A stretch of DNA of 64,000 bases from Alphaproteobacteria bacterium (GTDB taxonomy: Bacteria; Pseudomonadota; Alphaproteobacteria; Micavibrionales; UBA2020), in contig JBKBWZ010000006.1 of the NCBI GenBank assembly GCA_046314385.1, forward strand, positions 6,173-70,172, in the 5' to 3' direction. The first letter of the stretch is position 1. The number at the start of each line of letters is the position of its first letter. The translations under genes were made by a program, and so were the position numbers. This document shows positions 55,801 through 63,971 of the stretch, one piece after another. The notes beneath the pieces are model-generated. The model was not told the DNA's origin and searched no databases. It was given only the letters and a program-made list of their open reading frames with translations.

Positions 55801-55875
55801 AAGGCGAATAAACGATTCAAGCGGCTGGCGCAAAAGCCGCACAAAGGGTTTCAAAAGAGCGTCGAACATACCCAT
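52813..55875 (-). CDS. icmB: type IVB secretion ATPase IcmB/DotO
   Basis: About 1020 aa. N-terminus IRLETADDDTTLVAEDGSLLTVVRVDG. Walker A FAQPGGGKSV. Walker B-like LCYDEFHR. Lies immediately downstream of an icmJ-like gene, as in Legionella. Start set at MGMFDALL. The ORF is open to 55947. Confidence 0.9.
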   Translation of the reverse strand: MGMFDALLKPFVRLLRQPLESFIRLETADDDTTLVAEDGSLLTVVRVDGARQIIGDAEYKKILSDSVVKIGTRFDRPGHAMQVYFTRDPERSYNELKKLLRPNYMAAKNTGLEIDDIFEERAKNLSHYVAWEEIYFVLWTRPSVLSKSDLSREAERARGKKWVNAKDAQYPFAAIDGIRTRHNSFSIATVTALKEMGIQAATMEVHEALATIRANLLQTSIDSKWRAILPGDKIPPRAPQKKNDMSDILWPSLRQQLTMSNARVINDHVVEMGKYVWGGCDMVLGPTDPIPFPAFLERMSEARIPFRMSFLLEGGGIQGMAMQQFLSSIFAVTNAENKMVKEALEALSVIARSEPVVKFRLSFATWAPKDDIELLEDRLSTLTQSAESWGYAQVSMISGDPLDQVMSSALGIHCASTAPPAVAPLYEVMKLMPWQRASSPFEQGAILFRTPDGRVWPYQTGTNVTTTWFDLVFAQPGGGKSVLMNTLNLGTCLTAGMANLPFIAVIDIGPSSAGLVSLLKDALPPNRRHEVTSYRLQMTTQYAINPFDTKLGMRMPQVSERSFLIELLTLICTPPGQPDPYDGISQLCGMVVDEMYRWRDDNTANAEPRPYLPRIDQTVDDAIRAHDIKIQPGAYWWDIVDLLFDKGLAYEAAMAQRYAMPTLGDAIAAARRPQIRNLLEETSIGSSSEGVIHAFERMITSGVREFPILSSVTKFSLAETRVCALDLADVCPSGDATSDRQTAVMYMLARQALVTPWWINEEALAQMPPKFRAYHEGRLKDLAETPKRLCYDEFHRTSKTKSVRAQIVRDVREGRKRGIQIILASQMLDDFDDDMVDLATGVWVLGAAISDSAVDATQKRFGLTDTARWVMRNKLTGPKAGGAPALLVLGTTDGRYEQHLINTLGPIELWAFSTTAEDAAIRNRLYSRIGASQARKLLGVNFPGGSARSEIRRRIAALSEKGDVEGASLGNVIEKIVEELVGSTKVKLEDIAVNDPKPPEAKAPEAAAPETGGGDKPAGQ

Positions 55876-56124
55876 TAGACAAGCATCCCTGATTTTGCCG
55901 CCATGATTTTTACCGGTAGACCCCGCCAATGGCGCAGCATTCAACAATATATCAGATAAGCCTTGTAAAGACAGGTCTTTTGTTCAAAAACCGGCACGCC
56001 CGGCGCGCGGCGGGTTATGTCCAGCGCAGCCTGTGCCGTAAGAGGCAACGCCCGTTTTAACGTAATTGATGCGCGTCAAAAACAGGGGCGGTGCCACGGA
56101 CGAGAGGGAGATTTAAAACGTAGA

Positions 56125-56844
56125 TTATTCGCTAACGGGGGGAGATTGTTTGTTATTCGTCCGGTTGCGCAGATCATAGAACAAATTGACCCAGCGCCGC
56201 GGCGGCACATCGCCGAAGGGGCCATCTTTGGAACGCCAATAGGCGAGGATCTGCGGGAACTGGTTAAACTCCAGATCGCCTTCTTTGATGATCCGGCGGT
56301 CGAGCGGCAGCATACGGAAGCCCTTGAGGCGTGAAAGGCGGTTTTTGTATTCCTTGGCCTCGAGGAAATCCTGCAAGACCGTCGCCAATATGCGCGGACT
56401 GTCTGTGCCGAGCCTGTTGAGCGCTTCTTCCTTGCGCGCCAGCAGCGCTTCGAGCGCATCGCGCGCAGCATCGGCCATCGGCCCCTGCGAGATACGCGCC
56501 ACATAGATGGCACGGCATACATGGTGCAGCGCGGCCTGTCCGATTTCAGGCAGCCAGATCACGGCGCCGGACTGCATACGCTCCACGCGCTCCAGATGAA
56601 AACACTGGTGGCAAAATGTACAGGCTGTCGCGTAGTCGTCTTCGCCGCCGGCCTGACCGGTTTTGCCGATATAATTTATTTCCTGATATTTGCGCGATTG
56701 AAAACCGCAATAGCGGCAGGTGTATTGGTCACGCTCCAGCACCTTTGTGCGTATATCCTCGGACGGCGTATGCACATCCTGAGAAAGAATACGCCCGGCA
56801 TCGGACAATCCGCTGATGCCGGGCGATATCCTTAAATAGGCCAT
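56125..56844 (-). CDS. icmJ: IcmJ/DotN-like zinc-binding T4BSS coupling-complex protein
   Basis: Cys clusters RDQYTCRYCGF and ACTFCHQCFH are of the kind known for DotN. Size and position between icmD and icmB match the Legionella order. Confidence 0.75.
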   Translation of the reverse strand: MAYLRISPGISGLSDAGRILSQDVHTPSEDIRTKVLERDQYTCRYCGFQSRKYQEINYIGKTGQAGGEDDYATACTFCHQCFHLERVERMQSGAVIWLPEIGQAALHHVCRAIYVARISQGPMADAARDALEALLARKEEALNRLGTDSPRILATVLQDFLEAKEYKNRLSRLKGFRMLPLDRRIIKEGDLEFNQFPQILAYWRSKDGPFGDVPPRRWVNLFYDLRNRTNNKQSPPVSE

Positions 56845-56874
56845 ATCAAAAATCCTTTGAAGTGGCCAATCTTC

Positions 56875-57279
56875 TTACGGTACGAACAGGGTGCTAGAGT
56901 TACCCAGTTTCAGACCGGCAACGTTTGCTTTCGCTTGGTCACCGTTCGAGATCGAACCCTGCATGATACGCATCATGAACGGAAGCGCTAGGAACATACC
57001 ACCGCAAGCAAGACGGATCAGTGCGTCTTTCATCGGGGCCTGAGCCGGGTTGTCAACGTGCTGCTTCAGTTTGAAAATACCAGCGAGGGCGAGACCAGCA
57101 CCAGCGATGTACGCGAGGGTAGAGATCAGGCCGACGGTACCGGAAACAGCAGTAACAACGTTCTTGGATGCGTTGCTAAGATCAAGTGCAGTAGCAGACA
57201 TAGCATCTGAGCTATCCGCCATGAGAGCGCCTACCGTAGCGGCAGCCGCGAGTTTGTGAGAGAGTTTTGACCGTTTCAT
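56875..57279 (-). CDS. icmD: IcmD/DotP-like small inner-membrane T4BSS protein
   Basis: 134 aa with a TM hairpin: GLISTLAYIAGAGLALAGIFKLKQHVDNPAQAPMKDALIRLACGGMFLALPFMMRIMQGSI. Assigned from synteny and size. Confidence 0.65.
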   Translation of the reverse strand: MKRSKLSHKLAAAATVGALMADSSDAMSATALDLSNASKNVVTAVSGTVGLISTLAYIAGAGLALAGIFKLKQHVDNPAQAPMKDALIRLACGGMFLALPFMMRIMQGSISNGDQAKANVAGLKLGNSSTLFVP

Positions 57280-57339
57280 TTGTAGTTCTCCTTTTACTTA
57301 CACACAGTTAGTTAGCGTAGCACGCTTTTATCGTGTCTA

Positions 57340-58275
57340 CTAGTTAAATGAGAGCCCTGTGACGTTCACCGTACGCATGATCACGTTAATGAACTCACCC
57401 AGGTTGATCGCCAAAGTGCCCCCGAACAGGAACGTCAGACCTTGTGCAACGGTGGCCCCTTGTTGGCCATCGGCAAAAGCTCTTAAAACGAACCATCCTC
57501 TGATAAAAGCGATATAGCCGACCAACATGACGAAGGCCATCACCGCTTCTATAACTGTTTGGACACGCAAGCGAGATACGTTGTCCGTAATTACCGTATT
57601 GGAGACCAGCGAGTTGGTCTTCAGCGTATTGCCCGTGCCGCCAAAAAGGCTGTCGGCAAAAGTCCCCATCGAATCCCCGAAGGAGAAAAGAGCGCCCGAT
57701 GCAACAAATGTCGTAATTGTTCCCACGCCACCCGGGCCGCGCGGCCCTTCCTCGACACGTTTGGTCAGGCGCGATATACCCACAAGCAAGAGCGCAATAG
57801 CCGAAAGATAGGCTATCGCCGTCAACAGAGCTTCCGCCGGACCGGCGATGTTGCTCATAAAATCGAAAACCATTTTATCAAGGCCGCCGCCTGAAAGCGC
57901 GGCTTTGGTCGTGCCCGTATTACCTAGCTTGTTCGAGCCGATCGCTTCACCGGCGAAAATCGAGCCTCGAACGATACGGATCATAAAAGGCAGAGACAAG
58001 AAACATCCGCCCGCAACCATGCGCTTGATGCCCTCCCACAAGGAGGTTTGTTGCGGGTTATCTACGTGCTGTTTGAATTTGAAAATACCTGTTATCGCAA
58101 GAAGTGCGCCTGTGATGTAGGCAATTGTCGAAAAAATGATGGTAATACCATCAGTGGCCCGTAATGTGTTTATAAGGACATCGCCCATTTTTTGGCCGGC
58201 AAAAGCATTATCTGCAGCAACAACTGTAAACAGCGAAGCGAATAACAGCGTTTTGCAGATATGGCGATACATCAT
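57340..58275 (-). CDS. icmC: IcmC/DotE-like inner-membrane T4BSS protein with an extra N-terminal IcmD-like module
   Basis: The N-terminal about 130 aa closely parallel IcmD (IFSTIAYITGALLAITGIFKFKQHVDNPQQTSLWEGIKRMVAGGCFLSLPFMIRIVRGSI). Two further TM hairpins follow. Start set at MMYRH with GAGGG upstream. The ORF is open to 58341. Confidence 0.6.
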   Translation of the reverse strand: MMYRHICKTLLFASLFTVVAADNAFAGQKMGDVLINTLRATDGITIIFSTIAYITGALLAITGIFKFKQHVDNPQQTSLWEGIKRMVAGGCFLSLPFMIRIVRGSIFAGEAIGSNKLGNTGTTKAALSGGGLDKMVFDFMSNIAGPAEALLTAIAYLSAIALLLVGISRLTKRVEEGPRGPGGVGTITTFVASGALFSFGDSMGTFADSLFGGTGNTLKTNSLVSNTVITDNVSRLRVQTVIEAVMAFVMLVGYIAFIRGWFVLRAFADGQQGATVAQGLTFLFGGTLAINLGEFINVIMRTVNVTGLSFN

Positions 58276-58515
58276 GCGATACACCCTCGGTGTGTAAAAG
58301 AGGTCATACTTTATTACATCACCTTTTGCAAAACTGTGCAAACAAGCTGTTGATCAAGCATAACCGTATACCAGTTAAGTTGCTGTTTATAATAGATAAA
58401 AATACGTACTTGGCGAGCGTACAAACAGGGAGAATTTGGCTAAATTTTACCTGTTTTTTAGGATTTTGGAGCATCCAGAGAAGAAAAAGGCCTGAGAATG
58501 ATTCTCAAAAGTTAG

Positions 58516-59712
58516 TTATTGGTTAATCGAGCCGCGCGTACCGTTAACAAACCAGCGGCCCTGCGCATCGGTTGCAATCGCCGTGACTTTACCGATACCG
58601 GCGAGCGTATCACCGACACTGACCGTGCGCATCTCGCTAGACCCTTTTTCAGAGACCCAGGCCATACCAGGCTTTGCCGAGCGCAAAACCCAATCGACTT
58701 TACGGGCCGGTGCCGCAGGCTGTGCTGCTACCGGCTTTTTCTCGGCCGTAGGGGCTGCTGCTGTCCCGGTTTGCTTGGTCGCTACGGCGGGGGTGGACTT
58801 GGCGGTCGCCGCTGTTTTTGCGGCAGCCTTGGCATCGGCCTGTGCTGTCTTCAGATCGGCTTGCGCTTGTGCCAGCGCTGCGGATTTCTTGGCAAGCTCG
58901 TCATTCGCCTGCTTGAGCGCCTTTTCGGCGTCGGCAAGCGATTTTTCTGTTACTGCCAGTTTCTTTTCGAGCGCTTCGGCGTGCGCCTTCGCGCCGGTAT
59001 CTTCGGTGGGGGCAGTCGTCGGTGCCGCTGTTGCCGCAGCCGTTACCGGCGCTGCTGCAAAAGGATCAACGATATCATTTTGTACCGGCGCAGATGTCGT
59101 GGCCTCGGGAGCATTCACGGCATCGGTGACGTCCTGAGCACCCATCATCGCAAAAGGATCAATGATGTTACCGCTGTCGGCCTGTGTATCGGCCTGTGCG
59201 CCATCATCAAATGTTTCAACGGGCATTTTCTTGAAAGCTTCTGCCGCCGCCGCCGGCGTTTCTTCCATTCCCCAGGGCGCATTCACCGTTGGGGCATCTT
59301 CGGACGGCGCGGCGTCGGGAATACCAAAAGGCAGATTTCCGGCATCTGCCGTGATGCTGTCAGCAGGGACAGCCGGCTGTGGGGGCAAATCACCCATGGG
59401 CAAATCGGCCGAGGTTGTCATTGTATCGCGCGCATCTTCCGCCGTTGGCTGCGGCGACACCGGTACCTGTGCCGTTTGCGTCAGGCCCGGAACATCAAAA
59501 GGCAATTGCACGCCCAGAAATTTAACCGCAGCAAAACTGCCGCCGCCAAGAACCGCGAGCAGCAAAACCGTCACTATCAGCCCGCCGCCGGATTTTTTCT
59601 GTTTCGGCGTGGTCTCTAGCGGGGTTTCGATTTCCTCATCGAGACTGACGTCGTCAAAAGACTCTTCTTCTGTATCTTCAACGTCAAGCTCGAATTCGTC
59701 TTTGTTGCTCAT
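58516..59712 (-). CDS. icmG: IcmG/DotF-like T4BSS protein
   Basis: Acidic N-terminus, a single TM helix (GGGLIVTVLLLAVLGGGSFAAVKFL), an Ala/Lys coiled coil, and a C-terminal beta domain WVLRSAKPGMAWVSEKGSSEMRTVSVGDTLAGIGKVTAI. Synteny between icmE and icmC. Confidence 0.65.
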   Translation of the reverse strand: MSNKDEFELDVEDTEEESFDDVSLDEEIETPLETTPKQKKSGGGLIVTVLLLAVLGGGSFAAVKFLGVQLPFDVPGLTQTAQVPVSPQPTAEDARDTMTTSADLPMGDLPPQPAVPADSITADAGNLPFGIPDAAPSEDAPTVNAPWGMEETPAAAAEAFKKMPVETFDDGAQADTQADSGNIIDPFAMMGAQDVTDAVNAPEATTSAPVQNDIVDPFAAAPVTAAATAAPTTAPTEDTGAKAHAEALEKKLAVTEKSLADAEKALKQANDELAKKSAALAQAQADLKTAQADAKAAAKTAATAKSTPAVATKQTGTAAAPTAEKKPVAAQPAAPARKVDWVLRSAKPGMAWVSEKGSSEMRTVSVGDTLAGIGKVTAIATDAQGRWFVNGTRGSINQ

Positions 59713-59736
59713 CTGTGTTTTGCCTTTTTGTCTGGA

Positions 59737-61128
59737 TTATTGGCCCGCCCGAACCTTCATTCCGACCTCGTCTGTGGTCACAGTCGAAAGCATCAAAATA
59801 CCGAAAGTTGTTCCCTTGGCCAGTCGAATAGTAATCGGACGCTTTGCCTGTTCGGTCATGGCACTTGCGATCTCTCCGGCCGCCTCTTCTGCACCCGCCA
59901 TCAATTCTTTTTTGGTGTCGAGCTCGTCTTCCTGCTGGATCACAGCGCCGCCGGGACCGGTGGTCGTCGAGGTGACAGCCTTGGCAGCAGCTGAGGTATA
60001 GCCTTCAAGGAACTTTGCTGCCGCTGGTAAAATCACACGGCGAAAATAGTGACGATCAATATCCGTCACATGGCCGGCCAACGTGGTTTTTTCGTCGAGC
60101 GCGATACCGTTGATTGTATAACCCACGGCATCCTTGACGATAACCGAGAACTCAAGGACAAGGTATTCTTCCTGAACACTATATTTTCCAAGAGCCCGCC
60201 CGCCCGCGAAAGGTCCAGAAAGGACATGCGCGAGAACCGGCCCGGGAATGTCCGAGTTCAATTCATTGAGCAGTTGCGCATAGGCAATAGATCCTGCGGG
60301 CGTAATGATACGGGTTTTTGGCTCGTTGCTCGCTGCAACAACCCCCCCGGCTGCACCGACACCGGCTGCGCCCGGCATACCCATCCCCATGCCCATCGAG
60401 CTGGAACTGCTTGCGGTCAAGCTTGCTCTTTCAGCCTTTTCTCGTTCGGCCTTCATGATTGCGTATGCGGAGTCTTCTTTTGTAATCCCTGCGACCTTGG
60501 AGGGCTGCGGCGCCTGTGATGAAATGATCACACGCATCTGTTCGGCCAATGCTTTGGCTGCGTCCGGATCCATTTTCATCGCAGCTTGCTGCGGACGGAC
60601 AGGAGTTGGCATCGGCACAATTTCAGGCTCTTTTTCATTCGGAGCATCTTGATCGGGTGCACGGCCGAGCTCAAGCCGCGCGCGCTCTTGCGCAGCCTGG
60701 CGCCACTGCGCCAGAGGGTCGTCCATGTCTTGTTGCGGCTGTGCCGGAATAGTAATGTTATCCGAACTGGCCGAATCGATTGCGATAGGAATAAAGCTTC
60801 CACCGCCCTGCGCGCTCTGTTGCAGCTGCTGTTCGTTTTGTTGTTTGAGACGCTCCTGCATATCCACGTCGATATTGTCGACGGTTCCGGGGGTGCTCTT
60901 GACCTGCTCGGTTCCGCTAATCGACGTCACTGCACGCCCCTGAGGCCCCTCTTCTGCCGGCGCAAAAATCATATAGGCGCCAAAAAGCACCGCAGCCCCA
61001 AGCACGACTGCGCCAATTTTCATGAGAGGATTGTTGTCCCATGCTTCTTTGAAAGAAGTTTTTGGCCCGGCGTCCTGCTCGAAATCGTCTTCCTGATCGA
61101 TATCGATATCGTTTTCGTTATTGGTCAT
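59737..61128 (-). CDS. icmE: IcmE/DotG-like (VirB10/TrbI-domain) T4BSS core protein, short form
   Basis: Acidic N-terminus plus a TM helix (IGAVVLGAAVLFGAYMIFAP). C-terminal VirB10/TrbI-like domain (ITPAGSIAYAQLLNELNSDIPGPVLAHVLSGPFAGGRALGKY..TIRLAKGTTFGILML). 463 aa with no long repeat region. ATGA-coupled to icmK. Confidence 0.8.
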   Translation of the reverse strand: MTNNENDIDIDQEDDFEQDAGPKTSFKEAWDNNPLMKIGAVVLGAAVLFGAYMIFAPAEEGPQGRAVTSISGTEQVKSTPGTVDNIDVDMQERLKQQNEQQLQQSAQGGGSFIPIAIDSASSDNITIPAQPQQDMDDPLAQWRQAAQERARLELGRAPDQDAPNEKEPEIVPMPTPVRPQQAAMKMDPDAAKALAEQMRVIISSQAPQPSKVAGITKEDSAYAIMKAEREKAERASLTASSSSSMGMGMGMPGAAGVGAAGGVVAASNEPKTRIITPAGSIAYAQLLNELNSDIPGPVLAHVLSGPFAGGRALGKYSVQEEYLVLEFSVIVKDAVGYTINGIALDEKTTLAGHVTDIDRHYFRRVILPAAAKFLEGYTSAAAKAVTSTTTGPGGAVIQQEDELDTKKELMAGAEEAAGEIASAMTEQAKRPITIRLAKGTTFGILMLSTVTTDEVGMKVRAGQ

Positions 61129-62246
61129 GGCGTGGTTACCTCGTCAGCGGCGATTTGGGCGCGTACCATCCTGCCTTCGTCGGAAAGCAGGATCACGGGT
61201 GCGTGGTTAAGCGTATAGACATTCATGCCGTCGGCCGAAGAAACGCTGGAATCCCAACCGGGAGAAAGCAGCGTCAGCGGCGTGCGCAGATAAAGCTGGT
61301 CGGAAACCTTCCATGCTGTCGTGCGGCCATCGGCACCAATGACATTGACGCGCACCGCTTCTTTGGGCGGCGTGCCATCCAGAAAGCCTGTCATGTTATC
61401 ATCACGGCCTGCAACCGCCTTAAGACCGCCGTATTGAATCAGCGGCGTTTTGGCCAGCGGGCCGGGGCGCGGTATACGCGCATCAAAACGGTAATGCACT
61501 TCGTCAAGACCGGTTTCCAGCCGCACCGTAACGGGCGTAATAAGATCAACCAGTCGGATTGAGATGTTTCCAACTCCATGCGCCGTAACCGGAGTGATGC
61601 GAATGATATGCCCACCGGATTCCGGCGTAGTAATTTCATATTTACCAGCCCAGCCGATATCCTGAATAGGCCAAGGCGCCCCGGTAGAATCAAGAATGGT
61701 AAACGTCGTCACATGTCCAGGAGACATCTTAATGAGTGCAGGCGCCTCGCTTGGGTCCAGAGACAGGGTCTGAACGACCTGACGGGGTTCAGGCACGGTA
61801 ATCGGCGTTTCCGCAGCTTCGCGTTTAACCTTGAAAACTTCCAGCGTCCTGCGGATCTGAGCCGCCTCCAGCGGCAAGAGCTGCTTAAGCGCCATTTCAA
61901 AGGCCTGCTCATCCATTTTACGTTTTTGCTCTTCGGCCTCCTGCTCCATCAAAGCTTGCAAGTCAGCCGCGCTCGATGTGCCGCCCATCATCGGGCCAAC
62001 AGGCAAGCCGCCGGCCGGACCCAGAGGATTTGACATCATGGGATCGCCGCGCATTGCAGCCATGGGATCGATAATTTGTTCTTCTGGGCTGGGGCCTCTG
62101 GCGGGTTTATCGGCGGGCACCGCAGCGCCGCGCTCAGCTCTCTGGCGGAAAGCTTCAAACTCGCTTAGATCTGCCTGTGCAAACGCAAAAGACGGGGCCA
62201 TGCCAATTAGCGCCACACAAACGATACTTGAAACCAAAGGCCTCAT
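61125..62246 (-). CDS. icmK: IcmK/DotH-like T4BSS outer-membrane core protein
   Basis: Signal peptide MRPLVSSIVCVALIGMAPSFAFA. Beta-rich C-terminal body (HVTTFTILDSTGAPWPIQDIGWAGKYEITTPESGGHIIRITP). AAGGAGA Shine-Dalgarno before 62246. Synteny between icmL and icmE. Confidence 0.72.
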   Translation of the reverse strand: MRPLVSSIVCVALIGMAPSFAFAQADLSEFEAFRQRAERGAAVPADKPARGPSPEEQIIDPMAAMRGDPMMSNPLGPAGGLPVGPMMGGTSSAADLQALMEQEAEEQKRKMDEQAFEMALKQLLPLEAAQIRRTLEVFKVKREAAETPITVPEPRQVVQTLSLDPSEAPALIKMSPGHVTTFTILDSTGAPWPIQDIGWAGKYEITTPESGGHIIRITPVTAHGVGNISIRLVDLITPVTVRLETGLDEVHYRFDARIPRPGPLAKTPLIQYGGLKAVAGRDDNMTGFLDGTPPKEAVRVNVIGADGRTTAWKVSDQLYLRTPLTLLSPGWDSSVSSADGMNVYTLNHAPVILLSDEGRMVRAQIAADEVTTP

Positions 62247-62379
62247 CGCGGTTATCTCCTTAAAAATCTGTTCTCCGAAGCACAGCATCTGACTCTGTGC
62301 TCTACAGAGAAGCAACATATTTATACCCTACGCCCCGCCTGCCGCACAATCCTTATTACGCGAACAACGGAGCCTGACA

Positions 62380-63009
62380 TCAATCGACGCGCCAGGTAAA
62401 GATACCAAGCCCGGCTGCATTGACTGTTGTTGGCAGTCTTACGACAAACATTGTCGCCGTGGCACGTATGGCTCTTTCTATACCAGGGGCCCGAACAGTC
62501 ATCGTCAGTGGCACCTCAATCATCCAGCCCATCTGTCCTTCGTTCATACCTTGTCCGACTATAGATGGCGGCGCGGCAGGAATTGCCGTGATGACCTGCT
62601 GGAATTTTTGCACATTTTCGAACAGGCTTGATTTGCCAAAAGACTGACGGAAGCTGGTTAGCCCCTCGGGCGAGAAATATTGTTGCGATATTGCAAAACG
62701 TTCGTTGACGTCGTTGAAACCAAAGGTCAGAATTTCGGTCGCTGCCTGTGCCGCCCAATCCAAAAGAAGTGCGTTACTAATGTAAGGCTCACTCAACGCA
62801 ACAAGGGGCATAGCCTGACCGCCGCTCATAATCGCAAAATATCGGTCTTGCGGTAATACGTAGCTGACACGATAAAAAACAACGACGAGCAGACCAAGGA
62901 TTGCAAGCACAAGCGCAATCGCAATGCGGAACATGTTCTTGTAGCCATCTCGATAGCTAAGTAAGGTTTCGAGATCTGCCGTCGCATTTCTTTCTTCCGC
63001 CGTCGTCAC
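62380..63009 (-). CDS. icmL: IcmL/DotI-like T4BSS inner-membrane protein, paralog 2
   Basis: GTG start. N-terminal TM helix, then a DotI-type periplasmic domain (DRYFAIMSGGQAMPL..LLDWAAQAATEILTFGFNDVNERFAISQQYFSPEGLTSF). Aligns along its length with the upstream paralog. Confidence 0.72.
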   Translation of the reverse strand: MTTAEERNATADLETLLSYRDGYKNMFRIAIALVLAILGLLVVVFYRVSYVLPQDRYFAIMSGGQAMPLVALSEPYISNALLLDWAAQAATEILTFGFNDVNERFAISQQYFSPEGLTSFRQSFGKSSLFENVQKFQQVITAIPAAPPSIVGQGMNEGQMGWMIEVPLTMTVRAPGIERAIRATATMFVVRLPTTVNAAGLGIFTWRVD

Positions 63010-63071
63010 CGCTATGCTCTGCCTTTGTGAATATTATGCGATCGACTTTCCTCAGCGGGAAAGTCTGGCCG

Positions 63072-63971
63072 CTATTGTCCGCTTTCCGCAAGCCACTGCT
63101 GGATACCAACCCCGTTGGGATTCTCGAGCGAGGAGACCCGCTCGACCACAAGAGTCAATTTCAGGTTTTCTGTACGTGCCTGTTCGCGCGCACGATATTC
63201 TACCGACATCGGCATTTCCAGCACCCAGCGATATTTACCACCAGCGACACCGTGCTGGCGAATAACCGGGGCGCTGCGCGGGGAGGCCACAACAACCTGA
63301 CGCTGCGCCGTGACGGATTCGATAATCCGTGCCTTTTCCATGGCGGTCGAAAATGTTTCCCAGCCCGTTTTGGTGAAATGGCGCGACGCCTGCTGCAAGC
63401 GGCGCTGGTAGTCGTGGAAGCCGAAGGTCATGACCTCGGTTGCCGCCTGCGCGACCCAGGACACGAGCGCGGAGTCGGTCAGGAAACGCTCGTTCAGCGG
63501 AGAGAGCTGCATGATACGGCCATCTGCCGTGGTCGCAAAATAGCGGTCATAGGCGACCGAGTTATTGATATGCACGATCAGCGTCAGGATCAGCCCGACG
63601 ATGATGACGCCTTCAAGGATCACGATTTTGATCAGATTGCGAAAGCCGTCGCGGTAAAATTCGTTGCGCGTCACAACGCTGACGAGCGGGCCGCCCGGCA
63701 TCGGTGCGGGTTTTGTGATCGGATTTTCTGCGACGGAACCTTTTTTAGGCGCCGCCGGTTTTTCCACGGCGGCCGCCGCCGCTGTAGCAGGGGCTGCGGG
63801 CTTGCCGCCCAGAACCTTGCTCAGCATCGACATCGGATTGCTGGCCGCAGGCGCGGGCGCATCTGTGGCTGCCGGATCGATTGCCGGATTGTCGATGTCG
63901 GTTTCGTTCGTGTCGCGTCCCGCGTCGGCCATACTATATGTATCCCCTGTATTGTCCCCTATAACCCGCAT
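63072..63971 (-). CDS. icmL: IcmL/DotI-like T4BSS inner-membrane protein, paralog 1 (Ala/Pro-rich N-terminal extension)
   Basis: FYRDGFRNLIKIVILEGVIIVGLILTLIV (TM), then DRYFATTADGRIMQLSPL..LVSWVAQAATEVMTFGFHDYQRRLQQASRHFTKTGWETF. The frame stays open to the window edge. The start could be 63971, 63932 or beyond. Confidence 0.72.
   Translation of the reverse strand: MRVIGDNTGDTYSMADAGRDTNETDIDNPAIDPAATDAPAPAASNPMSMLSKVLGGKPAAPATAAAAAVEKPAAPKKGSVAENPITKPAPMPGGPLVSVVTRNEFYRDGFRNLIKIVILEGVIIVGLILTLIVHINNSVAYDRYFATTADGRIMQLSPLNERFLTDSALVSWVAQAATEVMTFGFHDYQRRLQQASRHFTKTGWETFSTAMEKARIIESVTAQRQVVVASPRSAPVIRQHGVAGGKYRWVLEMPMSVEYRAREQARTENLKLTLVVERVSSLENPNGVGIQQWLAESGQ

Noticed and set aside
58519-59619. 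366-aa plus-strand Cys/Arg-rich ORF
   Set aside because: Antisense to icmG. The repetitive Arg/Cys/Gly composition mirrors the Ala/Lys/Thr-rich coiled coil on the coding strand. The synteny and architecture of the minus-strand product (TM helix plus DotF-like C-terminus) are far more convincing.
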